Assembly: GCA_013239625.1 (NCBI GenBank)
Contig: MU053365.1
Span: forward strand, 1,398,115 to 1,462,114
Length of the DNA stretch: 64,000 nucleotides
Direction: 5' to 3'
DNA from: Lama guanicoe
Taxonomy: Eukaryota
Part shown: piece by piece, positions 38,864 through 49,563 of the stretch
Position numbering within the stretch: position 1 is the first letter of the stretch
Layout: each line of letters starts with the position of its first letter
Position numbers and translations under genes: made by a program
The notes under the pieces: generated by a model
Databases searched by the model: none
Told to the model about the DNA's origin: nothing
Seen by the model: only the letters and a program-made list of their open reading frames with translations

Positions 38864-40500
38864 CAGGGCCAGACCCAGGTTTTGTGGGGCCTGAAGTTTA
38901 TATAATTTGGGGAGAGCTTTCTTAATAAGATTACAAACTTAAAAATGAACATGAATATTAACTTCAAGTGAGAATATAAATCATACCAAATTACATATTT
39001 CAGAGAGCAGAGAGGAATCCAGAAAAATAACAATATTTCAATTACAGAGCTAATTCATTACTTATTAATTTTAATGAATTAATATCTATAAAATATATCC
39101 CTTATTACCTAAGCTAATAACTGGTCTACTAAAAGTCTTGTATCCAAAATATACAAAGAACTCTTAAAACTCAAAAATAAGAAAATAACTCAAATATAAA
39201 GTTGGAAAAAGATCTGAACAAACACCTCACCAAGGGAGATATGTAGGTGAAAAATAAGCATATGAAAAGCTGCTTCACATCATATGTCATTAGGGAAATG
39301 CAAGGTAAAACAACAATGGGATACCACTACACACCTAGTAGAATGACCAAAATCCAGAACACTGACAACACCACATGTTGGGTTAGGCTGGCAAGGATTT
39401 GAAGCAACAGGAACTCTCATTCACTCCAGTGGGAATGCAAAATGGTAGAGACACTGTGGAAGATGGTTTGCAGTTTCTTGTAAGAGTTGACACATTCCTA
39501 CCATATAATCTGGCAGTTGTGCTCCTTGGTATTACCCAGATGTGTTGGAAACCTATGTCCACACAAAAACCTGCATTCTAATGTTTATAGCAACTTTACT
39601 CATAATGCCAAAACTTGGAAACAACAAAGATGTTGCTCAGTAGGTTAGTGGATAACTAAACTGTGGTATATCCAGACAATGGAATATTGTTTACATACTA
39701 TATGATTCCAACTATATGGCTTTCTGGAAAAGGTAAAACTGGAGACAGTAAAATGATCAACAGTTGCCAGGGATTCAGAGGTAGGATGGAGGGATGAATA
39801 GGTGGAGCACAGGGGATTTTTAGGGCAGGGGAAGCTATTCTGTATGGTACTGTAACGGTGGACACATGATATTATGCAACTGGCAAAAACTAATAGAACG
39901 TATAACAAAAAGGGTGAACCCTAATGTAAATTATGGGCTTTAATATGATAATGTATCAATACTGGTTCATTAATTGTAACAAATGTGCCATACAAATGTA
40001 CAACTTTCTATTAGAAGAAACTGAAGGGGGAGGTGAGGAGAGGGAGTATATGGGAACTCTCTGAACTTTCTGCTCAGTTGCTATTTAAAACTGAAACCGC
40101 TCTAAGAATAATCTATTAAATTAAAATAATTCAGTGTTTCTTCTAACATGGTTTATCAAAATGACTTTTTTATTATTGATAATAAGGTGTATAAAACATG
40201 CAAGTTCACAGTCACAGCAGTTTATAGTCCAGTTATGCAGCAATTCTGATAAATTCCATTTCACATGATTTCATCAAAGTGAAAAAATTATGACACATTT
40301 ATAAATGAATACATTGATTCATCACAAGAAGAGACATCTCTGTTTTGACTGGGCATAGATGACAATCACGTCCTCTGTGACAATGTATAATGGATACACT
40401 ATCTACTTTATTGCATTCTAAAGACCAGCAATGTCTAAACACATATTTGCAATAAAAATCCAGCTTTGACCCCACCTTAGTTTCATCCAGTTTCATCTCC
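38864..40500. mobile_element. Zaphod-like hAT-Tip100 element, split by an L1
   Basis: Starts cagggccagacccaggttttgtggggcctgaagtttatataatttgggg; the continuation after about 40130 is tentative. Confidence 0.5.
39128..40128 (+). mobile_element. L1MC-like 3' portion
   Basis: cttgtatccaaaatatacaaagaactcttaaaactcaa...gcaacaggaactctcattc...tgaaccctaatgtaaattatgg. Confidence 0.9.
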
Positions 40501-41069
40501 CATGTGGCAAGTTCACATCCATTGGCTGAAAATCAGGGTCAAAGCACCAGGCCTGGGGATAAACTATGGCATTGCTCGTGGTCTGGGGTTCCAGGCTGAG
40601 CAACTAATCAGAACTGAAGAGCAGAGAACAAAGCAGAAGTGTCTATTATGAATTTGCCTACCTGGGAGTGGAGTGGGTGTAGAAGAGAGAAAGCTGTGAC
40701 TGAGCCTGGCTACCTGGGAGCCCAGAGTTTGACCCTGGGGAAGGCTCTGGGCCCCGAGCCTTACTAACAGGGAGGAGACTTGAAGACTCCGACAGTGCTG
40801 ATACTGGTCTCCTGTCTCCTACTCTGATTAGCAACAAGCCCCTTGCCCCTCAAGCTTCTCTCATTTTCTTGCTGCATCTCTCAGTCTTTCCTTAACTTCT
40901 CTGCATCTCTTACTTACCAACTATGGCCAACTCTGGCATCCCTAGGCCAGGATTGCTTTGTTCCTTGTCAGCTGTCTCATAGACTCTCAGGATTGGAAGC
41001 TTTGTGATTAGTTCGACTTCTCCAGGAGGCTGGAACAGTGTCTGCAGTATTCTCCATACCAATCTCTGC

Positions 41070-41900
41070 TGGAAAATCTCTGATAATAAAGGCATTGACT
41101 ACATTACAAAGCAGCTCCTACCACAGAGGAGCAATTTTAAATGGGGGATTTCCTTGTTCAAGTCCAAATCTGTCTCCCTGGGACTTTTCTAAATCCTCAG
41201 TATTTGTTCAATGAAGCTGTCCAGAATAAAGAGCAGAATAAGTTTGTTCCTTCTCTCCCATGACAGCCCTTCAGGGATTTGAAGACCGTGTTCTCCAGTC
41301 TGCACACTTTCAGGTTAAATGTCCCAAGGCCTGGAAATTGTTTCCCATATGCCTGTTATCTGTTCATCATCTGAGTGACTACTCTCTAGGCATGTCCACT
41401 TAAAGGGTGCTGCCCAGAAATGAGCGCAGTGCTTCAGCTATACAGAGGGGGATGGAGCTAGCCCATATCTTGTCCTGAGCGCAGTGCTTTAACTAATGCA
41501 GTCCAGGATCAGATTAGCCCTTCTGGCAGTCACACAGCATTCCTCATTTCTACTGAACTTGCAGATGACTAAAATTCCTCTCATCTTTGCACATGCTGTT
41601 GCTAAGCCACATCTCCCTCTCCCATCCTTATGTATTTTGAGATAAGATTAATGACTTAAACATTATGTTTATCCATCATAACGAGAACATGGGACCAGCA
41701 TTCCTGCTTGGTGAGATCTTTGGCCACTCAGACTCTGCCATTTGCTGTTATTCCTTCATGCCATCTCTGTTTTTGATGTGCCGGCCACTTATGTCTTCCT
41801 TTGGGAAATGTGCAGGATTGAGCTGCTTTGGCTACATTCTTAGTAGTATACTTTTGATCCAATCTTTCATGCAGATAAAGCACCATCTGACCAAACCATC
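41070..41900 (-). mobile_element. L3/CR1 fragment
   Basis: catgacagcccttcagggatttgaagac...tgctgcccagaa...ctaatgcagtccaggat. Confidence 0.7.
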
Positions 41901-42047
41901 ATCAGCCTGAATTTTTCCATCTTAATAGCAGCAATAAGTAATATTTATGGAACTTCTACTATGTGCCTGGCCTCTACTAGGAACAAGCCTTTTATCAGTC
42001 AATTCTTGCCACAACATTCTAAATAGGTTTTTATTATCATCCCCATT

Positions 42048-43074
42048 TTAAATCGTTATGTTATTATTTTTATTGTATGTATATATACACATACAATTTT
42101 TATTGTATACTTACCTTAGTTTCATCTCCCATATATATACATACAATAAAAATGTATGTATACTTCAATAAAACTGTACATACAGTTTTATTGAAGTATA
42201 GTCAGTTTACAATGTTGTATCAATTTCTTGTGTATGGCACAATGCTTCAGTCATACATGAACATATATATATATTTGTTTTCATATTCTTTTTCACCATA
42301 AGTTACTACATGATATCAAATATAGTTCCCTGAGAAGAAATGGACAAGTTTCTAGAAAAATACAGTCCAGCAAAATTGAATCAAGAAGAAACAGATCATC
42401 TGAACAGACCAATCACTAGAAGTGAAATAGAATCAGCAATAAAAAACCTCCCTGCAAACAAAAGTCCAGGACCAGATGGCTTCACTGGGGAATTTTATCA
42501 AACATACCAAGAAGAGCTCATACAGATCCTTCTCAAACTCTTCCAAAAGACTGAAGAGGAGGGGATACTCCCAAACTCATTCTATGAAGCCACCATTCCC
42601 CTGATACCAAAGCCAGACAAAGACACTACCAAAAAAGAAAATTACAGGCCAATATCATTGATGAACATAGATGCAAAAATCCTCAACAAAATATTAGCAA
42701 GCAGAACCCAACAACACATAAAAAAGATTATACATCATGATCAACTTAGGTTCATCCCAGGGACACAAGGCTTTTTCAACATACGCAAATCAATAAACAT
42801 GATACACCACATCAACAAGAGAAAGGACAAAAATCACGTAATCATCTCAATAGATGCAGAAAAAGCATTTGATAAAATTCAACACCCAGTTATGATAAAA
42901 ACTCTAACTAAAGTGGGTATAAAGTGAACATACCTCAACATAATAAAAGCTATTTATCACAAACCTACAGCCAGCATAGTACTCAATGCTGAAAAACTCA
43001 AAAGCTTCCCACTAAAATCTGGAACAAGACAAGGGTGCCCGCTCGCAGCCCTTCTATTCAGTACAGTATTAGAA
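42048..43074 (-). mobile_element. 5'-inverted L1 insertion (minus-strand 3' end 42186-42332 plus plus-strand ORF2 piece 42333-43074)
   Basis: Opposite-orientation L1 pieces enclosed by the exact TSD ATCATCCCCATT (42036-42047; 43075-43086). Confidence 0.9.
42340..43074 (+). pseudogene. L1 ORF2 fragment (Z domain and start of reverse transcriptase)
   Basis: MDKFLEKY...[15 protein letters not shown]...[18 protein letters not shown]...[18 protein letters not shown] at 42925-42927, then in frame [10 protein letters not shown]...GTRQGCPL. Confidence 0.95.
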
Positions 43075-43289
43075 ATCATCCCCATTCTTCAGATGAGGAA
43101 CCTGAGGCTCTCGGAACCTGTTCAAAGTCACACAGCCAGTGTCAGGTGGATCCAAGACTTAACCAAAGTGTGTTTGACACCGATGCCTATGCTCTTAACC
43201 ACTATACTATACCTTCCCCATCTTACAAAAAGCCAATCTTTCCAAATCTAAATTTGCATCACATGTTGGATACATTCATCCAAGCAAAG

Positions 43290-43615
43290 GGAAAAGATCA
43301 AGAAGTCTAAGGCAGGAGCATGTCTGATGTGTTTGGGATACTGCATGAATACCAGTGTGGCTGGAACCGAGCTGGCAAGGGAGAAGGTGTAGGAGATATT
43401 TCAGAGAGGTCATTGGGGCCCAGATTATGTAGGGATTTAGAAGGATTTTGATTTGTACTTTGAGTGAAATGAAGAACCATGGGAGGGTTTTGAGCAGGGA
43501 GAGGACATGACCTGGATTATATATTTTAAAAAATACAGCAGTTTTTTGCTGTCTATGTTGAGAGTAGAGTGCGGGAGACATGGGCAAAGTGCTAGGGAGC
43601 TCAGTGGAGGTCATA
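43290..43615 (-). mobile_element. L2 fragment
   Basis: ccagtgtggctgga...gggccagattatgtagg-like...gagggttttgagcagggagaggacatgacctg. Confidence 0.8.
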
Positions 43616-43825
43616 TTTTGGAGGATAAGGTTGGAGGGAGGGTCAGAGAAGGCTAAGTTTTCTCACAGATAAGCCAAAACTGGGTACTTTATAGTACACT
43701 TACATTTGGGAATGAGACTTAATTCCTATCTATGAGAGACTCCAGTTAAATCTGTTTTATTTAGCTTTTAGTTTACAAAGGACTTCAGCTAAATTCTCTG
43801 GTCCTAGGAGTACTTTTTCCCTTTG

Positions 43826-43887
43826 TCACTAGATGGCACTTATGAGTACTTCTTATTGCAAGAACATTTACTTACACTAGGTGGCGC
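43826..43887 (+). promoter_or_regulatory. Two same-orientation CTCF-like motifs
   Basis: TCACTAGATGGCAC (43826-43839) and ACACTAGGTGGCGC (43874-43887) versus core consensus CCASYAGRKGGCRS. Confidence 0.5.
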
Positions 43888-44609
43888 TGGGGCCATTTCC
43901 CCCCAAGGCTGGCTCCCTCCCAGTGTGTGTTGACATATAAGCCTGGCTACCTCTTGTGCACGAAGATTTCTGAGAAATTCATCAATATTCAGTTCTGGTA
44001 AAACAATCAATTCTATTATAGCTACTCTGCAGTGTTGAATCATATATACACAATGTAGCAAATCTGAGTTCAGAATTCAAAATCCAAGAGGATCTCCAGT
44101 TTATCTTTATCACAGACTGAGGAGGAGCCCCTGTCCCCAGTCTACCCTTTGTCACTGAGATTGGAGATCTATGCCTAATCTGCAGTGGGAGGTAGTTCTT
44201 CCTGCCTTGGGTCAGCTCTGCGATCCTAGGTTATTTGCTTCCATATAGTTAAAAATCTCCTTGATGAAATGTCTCTTAAAGGCAGAAAACTGAACCATGT
44301 TTTCCTTGCTTCAGCTAACATCTTTTTGTTTTTCAGGGATGGCTGTTCCTTTTTAAAGAAATTGGAGGCCACTGACATCATGCTTATTTCTAACTTTATT
44401 CTCTCTCCCTAGTTGAGATATAGAATCTCAACTGGTCCTTGAGATAGGAATGCATTCCCTTTGCACAGTTTATCTTTCAAAGTGAAGCCGACCAAAGGAT
44501 TTTATACCCTGTCTGGGAGGCTAACATTCTCATCTTTTTAGCACTCAGGTCTCATCCAGATTCCTCTGGAGTTCTTTTAGTGGAAAGAAGACCAGACTTA
44601 AAAAAAAAT

Positions 44610-45185
44610 CGTAAGAGCTAAATGTAGGCTGGCTCTTACCCCTTACTAACTGTGTGTCCTTGGACTTGAGACAATATTTATTTGAGCTTCACTTTCCTTA
44701 TCTGTAAAATGGGAGGATAGTTATAAATTACTGAGAGCTGCACCCTGCTCTTCCCTATCCAATCAGACTTTATGCTGATAAGAGTCTCTCTTTTCTTTTA
44801 GGTTTGACTATAAACTAAAAGTGGCTCCAGAAACCCTTCATCTCCTGTGGCTGAGAAACAGTATCTGTTCTGAGAAAACCCAACATCTATAACCACACAC
44901 GAAAAGTACAGAAATTCACACACATACAACTTTCTTTGTGACAGAGGAGAGCAATGCAATTATAATCTCTCAATTTTAGAGAGTTTCCAAAGCATGTTGA
45001 ACATCTCTTATCTCTTTTGATCCTTTCCCAAATCCGCTGTGGAATAAGGCATGCACTCATCACGAGTCCTGTTTCACAGATGAAGTGTGTGAGTTTTAGA
45101 GAAGTGAAGGGCCCATCTCAAGGTCATAAGTTACTGGGCAATGAGCAGGGATGTGAGCCCAGGTGTCTGTGATTCCCATGCTGTT
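44610..45185. mobile_element. Two MIR fragments (about 44610-44730 plus; about 44980-45185 minus)
   Basis: cttactaactgtgtgtccttgga...tttccttatctgtaaaatggg; tttcacagatgaa...caaggtca. Confidence 0.7.
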
Positions 45186-45940
45186 GCAGACCCACTCAAC
45201 TAATGCTGGCTCTTAGAGTTAATGCTGGGTAAGGTGTCTTAAAACATTTATCCATTTTTTCGGACATTTGTCCTCAACCCCAGAAAAGGGGAAAACTGGT
45301 TACTGAAGGTTACACAAAGAATCACATACACAGAAAACTGAAGAAATATTGAAGTCGATCTAACTTCAGTTCATGTTTACAACAAAACCTCCCTCTGTTT
45401 AGTTAAGAGCCAATCCTTTAAAAAAAAAAAAACTTTGTTCTTCTCAAAAGAACCAAATACATTTCCCAATGTTGTTCCCTTTATTAAAATCCTAGGTATA
45501 AAAAGCGAGAAATGTTTTTGCTTGAAAAACAAAGCTTCCCTTTCGTGTTGAGCAAATGGGAATCCTTTGATTCAATACAAAATTTCTATTCTAGGTATGG
45601 TTACGTGGGGTTTTTTTTAAAGAAATAAAAATGGAAAACATTCAATGCTTTTAAATACCACCTTTCTCTTTCTCAGCTTGCTTGCTTATTATTAATACAG
45701 TTTGAATGGATTCTTGCTTTGACATGGAAGTTTATTTTTAAAAGAACCGTGGATAATCTGTTACTATAGCAATAATTTCTCACTCTGAAGTGATTTAATC
45801 TTAAAGCAACATGGGACTTTAAATGTCAAGGTGGTCCATATTTAGAATGAATGCAGTATTTGATTCTACCAATAATTAAGGTGTTTGTGATGAAGAGAAA
45901 TGAGTTTTTCTTTTTTGTTGTTTGTTTTAAATTTCCTTAG

Positions 45941-46141
45941 GGCATCACTCACCTGTTAGGCATTCTCAGCAGGGGAGCTGTTTGCATGGATTGTCGGCGT
46001 AGCTGCCTGTGCTGCTGGCCACACGTGACAGTGATTAGCTGTGTGCGAGCCACATCTGTCTGTACACTGGGGGTCTATGGAGGAGCACAGAGCTGCCCAT
46101 GTGCCGCCTCCTAAAGCAGATATGCACCAAAAAGTAGAACA
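45941..46141 (+). other. Candidate plus-strand exon or alternative first exon
   Basis: Unique, GC-richer segment with acceptor tttccttag| and donor AACA|gtaagt; ATG at 46077 gives MEEHRAAHVPPPKADMHQKVE (phase 2); E-box CACGTG at 46022. Confidence 0.35.
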
Positions 46142-46579
46142 GTAAGTCTATGGCAAAGTATGCCCTCTGGCCCATCACTTCACCTCTGGTTCAGTAGGTT
46201 CTGCATCCAGCATCTGGGGAACGACTATCTTTCATTACCAATAGACATTGCACTGTTTGGCATAATTTTTGATAAGTAACCAGTACTGTGAGAGGCAGTT
46301 CACGCAATTTGGTATAGTTGCTACCAGATGGTGCTTACGTTCACAGCCAGCCTATGTGCTTTTTTTTTTCCCTCCTAGGTGCTCTTTCTGATATGATCTG
46401 CCTATGACTTTGGTCTTCATTTACCAGGATCTAGTTGCCTGTTCGGAAATACACAACACACATACACACACACGTATACACATATATTATTCAGCTGAAA
46501 TGAGAACCTCAACAGAAATACAATCTAAATTAAATCCATCATAGAATCGTAGATCTGGATGGCATTCTTTCTTTCTGTT

Positions 46580-47092
46580 GACTTACCGGTCCTGAGCAAA
46601 ACCCCTAACATGAGCTATAGGGACCTGTGGATCTGAGCATTTACCTAGTGACCCACCTACCTTTTCCTTCTTATTCTCTATGCTCTAGCCACACTGAAAT
46701 CACTTTAATTCTTGCAACAGTCATGCTCTTTTTTGCTTCAGAGTCTTTATACCTGTTGATCCTTTGCCTCAAATCTAGCTCACTCTTTCCTTCCCTGCTG
46801 GCATTTTCACCCAGCTAATCTCTATCTATTGCTTAGATCTCAGCTCAAGGTCATTTCCTCGGAGAAGCCTTCCCTCAACCCCAGGTTAGATGAGAATCCT
46901 TGTTATATATTCCCATAGCACTCTGTGTACCCCAGGACATCACACTCATGATCATTGAAATTGCTCATTCAATGTCTATCCCCTTGGCTGGACTATGAGT
47001 TCAGTATGTCAAGAATCTGTCTTGTTTATCATGGTATTTCCAGTGCCTAGTTCATATAGGCACTTAAATGTTTGTTGGATTAATGAATGAAT
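46580..47092 (+). mobile_element. L2 3' portion
   Basis: ctatgctctagccacactg...tcagctcaaggtcatttcctcggagaagccttccct...ccagtgcctag...taatgaatgaat. Confidence 0.85.
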
Positions 47093-47986
47093 TATAGGCA
47101 GCTTTCATGGTAGAAAATCAAGGCTGCTTTGTTCTGGGTTCAGAAGCTTGTTTTAAGATAAGCTACCTCTGGAACTGGCTGAGTCCATTTTAAAGGTACT
47201 GCAGAGTTACTCCTGGTGAGCTCTGATAAAGAATGCAACTGATTTTTAACACAGAGATAAAAATGTACACACATAATTGTCTGCTATTTCCTCCAAATTA
47301 TCTCTTTGAGAAGAGGGCTTTAGATCCTGTGGCACATTTGTTATCCTTTGAGTGAAGATTTTTTTTTTACTTTGGAAATTGTTGAAAGTCTTTTCAGGAG
47401 CATGAAATTCATTTATTGATTCATTCAATGAATTTCATTTTTTCTATGAAATAAGGTGTGACTAGTAAACAATGGGACCAGTTTTCTTCTGTGACTCATA
47501 AACTGACTCAGAAAGCAACTCAGAAAGTTACGTCTTTAGTGAGAGGCGTGGGAATTTCATTTTGTTCATTTTTGAAGTTATTGTACAGCCTAGACTTGTT
47601 GACTGACTACAGGATATTGACTATAGTTCCCTGTGCTACACAGTAGAAACTTCTTGTTTATCTATTTTATATATAGTAGTGTGTATCTGCAAATCCTGAA
47701 CTCCCAATTTAGCCCTTCCCACTCCTTTCCCTCTGGTAACCATGTGTTTGTTTTCTATGTCTGTGAGTCTGTTTCTGTTTGTAAACAAGTTCGTCTTTTT
47801 TTTTTTTAGATTCCACATATAAGTGATATCAAATGGTATTTTTCTTTCTCTTTCTGGCTTACTTCATTTAGAATGACATTCTTCAGATCCATCCATGTTA
47901 CTGCAAATGGCATTATTTTATTCTTTTTTATGGCTGAGTAGTATTCCGTTGTATAAATATACCACAACTTCTTCATCTAGTCATCT

Positions 47987-48254
47987 CTTCATGGCCTTTG
48001 TTTTAAAGTGTATTTTTGTCTGAGATGAGTATTGCCACTCCCACTTTCTTGTCATTTCCATTTGCATGAAATACCTTTTTCCATCCTCTCACTTTCAATC
48101 TATGTGTGTCCTTCACTCTAAAATGGATCTCTTGTAGGCAACATATTGTAGGCTTTTGTTTTATTATCCAATCTGCCACTCTATGTCTTTTGGTTGAAGC
48201 ACTTAGTCCATTGACATTTATAGTAGTTATTGATAGATGTGTGTTTATTACCAT
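47987..48254 (-). pseudogene. L1 ORF2 endonuclease N-terminus (truncated)
   Basis: LSITTINVNGL...ICCLQE.H...LKVRGWKKVFHANG...GVAILISDK. Confidence 0.95.
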
Positions 48255-48689
48255 TTTGAACTTTGTTTTCCAGCTGGTTTGATATTTCTTCTTTGTTCCT
48301 TTCTTTTCTGTTTTGTTTTTCTCTCTGTGGTTTGATAATTTTTTTTTGTATTAGCTTGGTTTCTTTTTGGTTTTTGTGCCTCTATTGTATGCTTTTGATT
48401 TATGGTTACCCTGCTTTTCAGGTATGTTAACCCTTACTATATCTGTTTGCTTTAGACTAGTAGTCGTGTAGGCTCCAACACATCCTAAAAAGAATGAAGA
48501 AAAAAAAAAAGAAAAGAAAGAGGAAAAAAAATCTATATTTTCTTGCTCCCCTCTCCCACCTTTTATGATTTTGATGTCCTTTTTTTTTTGACATATTCAT
48601 GTTTATTCTATTGCAACTCATAGTTATCACATTTCCACATTTCCAATTATGGTTTTCTTATTTCTAGAGCTTCCTGCATTTTTTTCTAT

Positions 48690-49563
48690 TTTGAGTATAC
48701 CTTTTAATATTTCTCTTAGGATAGGTTTAGTGTTGCTGAATTCTTTTAGTTTTTCCTTGTCTGTGAAATTCTTTATCTCTCCTCCTCTAAAGGATAGTCT
48801 TGCCGGTTAGAGTATCCTAGGTTACAGCTTTTTCTCATTCAGGACTTTGAATATATCTTGCCACTCCCTTCTGGCCTGCAGTGTTTGTGTAGAGAAATCA
48901 GCTTAAAGCTGATGGGGGTTTCCTTGTAACTAACTCTTTGTTATTCTCTTGCTGCCTTTAGAATCATTTCTTTATCTTTAACTTTGGCCATCTTAATTAT
49001 AATTTGTCTTGGTATAGATCTGTTTGGGTTCTTGTTTGGGACCCTCTGTGCTTCCTGTGCTTGGATATCTGTTTCCTTCTTTAGGTTTGGAAAGTTTTCC
49101 GTCATGATTTGTTCAAATATTTTTTCAATCTCCTTTTCTCTTCCCCTTCTGGGACCCCTATTATGCGTAGGTTGGCACACTTTATATTGTACCATAGGTC
49201 CCTTGTATTGCTTTCATTGGTTTTTACTTGCTTTTCTGTCTTTTGCTCTGATTGGGTGACTTCTGTTATCCTGTCTTCTAAGTCACTTATTCATTCCTCT
49301 GCACTACCTGGTCTGCTTTTGACTGCCTTTAGCTCTCATCTCAGCCACCGAGTTTTCTGTTTTTAATGGACTCTTCTTTATAGCTTGTGTTTCCTTTTCA
49401 TAGTGTTCTCGTTCTCTGTTTATAGTCTATTATTTCCTTTAGTGCTTTTATCACCCCCTTTTGAAGTCATGATCTAGTAGACTGCCAGGGTCTATCTCAT
49501 TTTCATTCTTTCAGGGGCCTTCTCTTGTTCTTTTAACTGGGAGTGGTTCCTCTGCTTCCTCAT
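48690..49563 (-). pseudogene. L1 ORF1 (frameshifted)
   Basis: Starts MRKQRNHSQLKEQEK at 49563; ORF 48941..49195 contains IEKIFEQIMTENFPNLKKETDIQAQEAQRVPNK...ILKAARE. Confidence 0.9.

Larger units (their letters stand above)
41925..43210 (-). mobile_element. MIR split by an L1 insertion (MIR halves 41925-42047 and 43075-43210)
   Basis: tactatgtgcctgg...attatcatccccatt [insert] atcatccccattcttcagatgaggaacctgaggctc...aagtcacacagc. Confidence 0.88.

Noticed and set aside
42340..42927. 195-aa ORF as a host gene or active reverse transcriptase
   Set aside because: It is a mid-ORF2 L1 fragment with a premature stop, and it ends before the catalytic YADD-type motif
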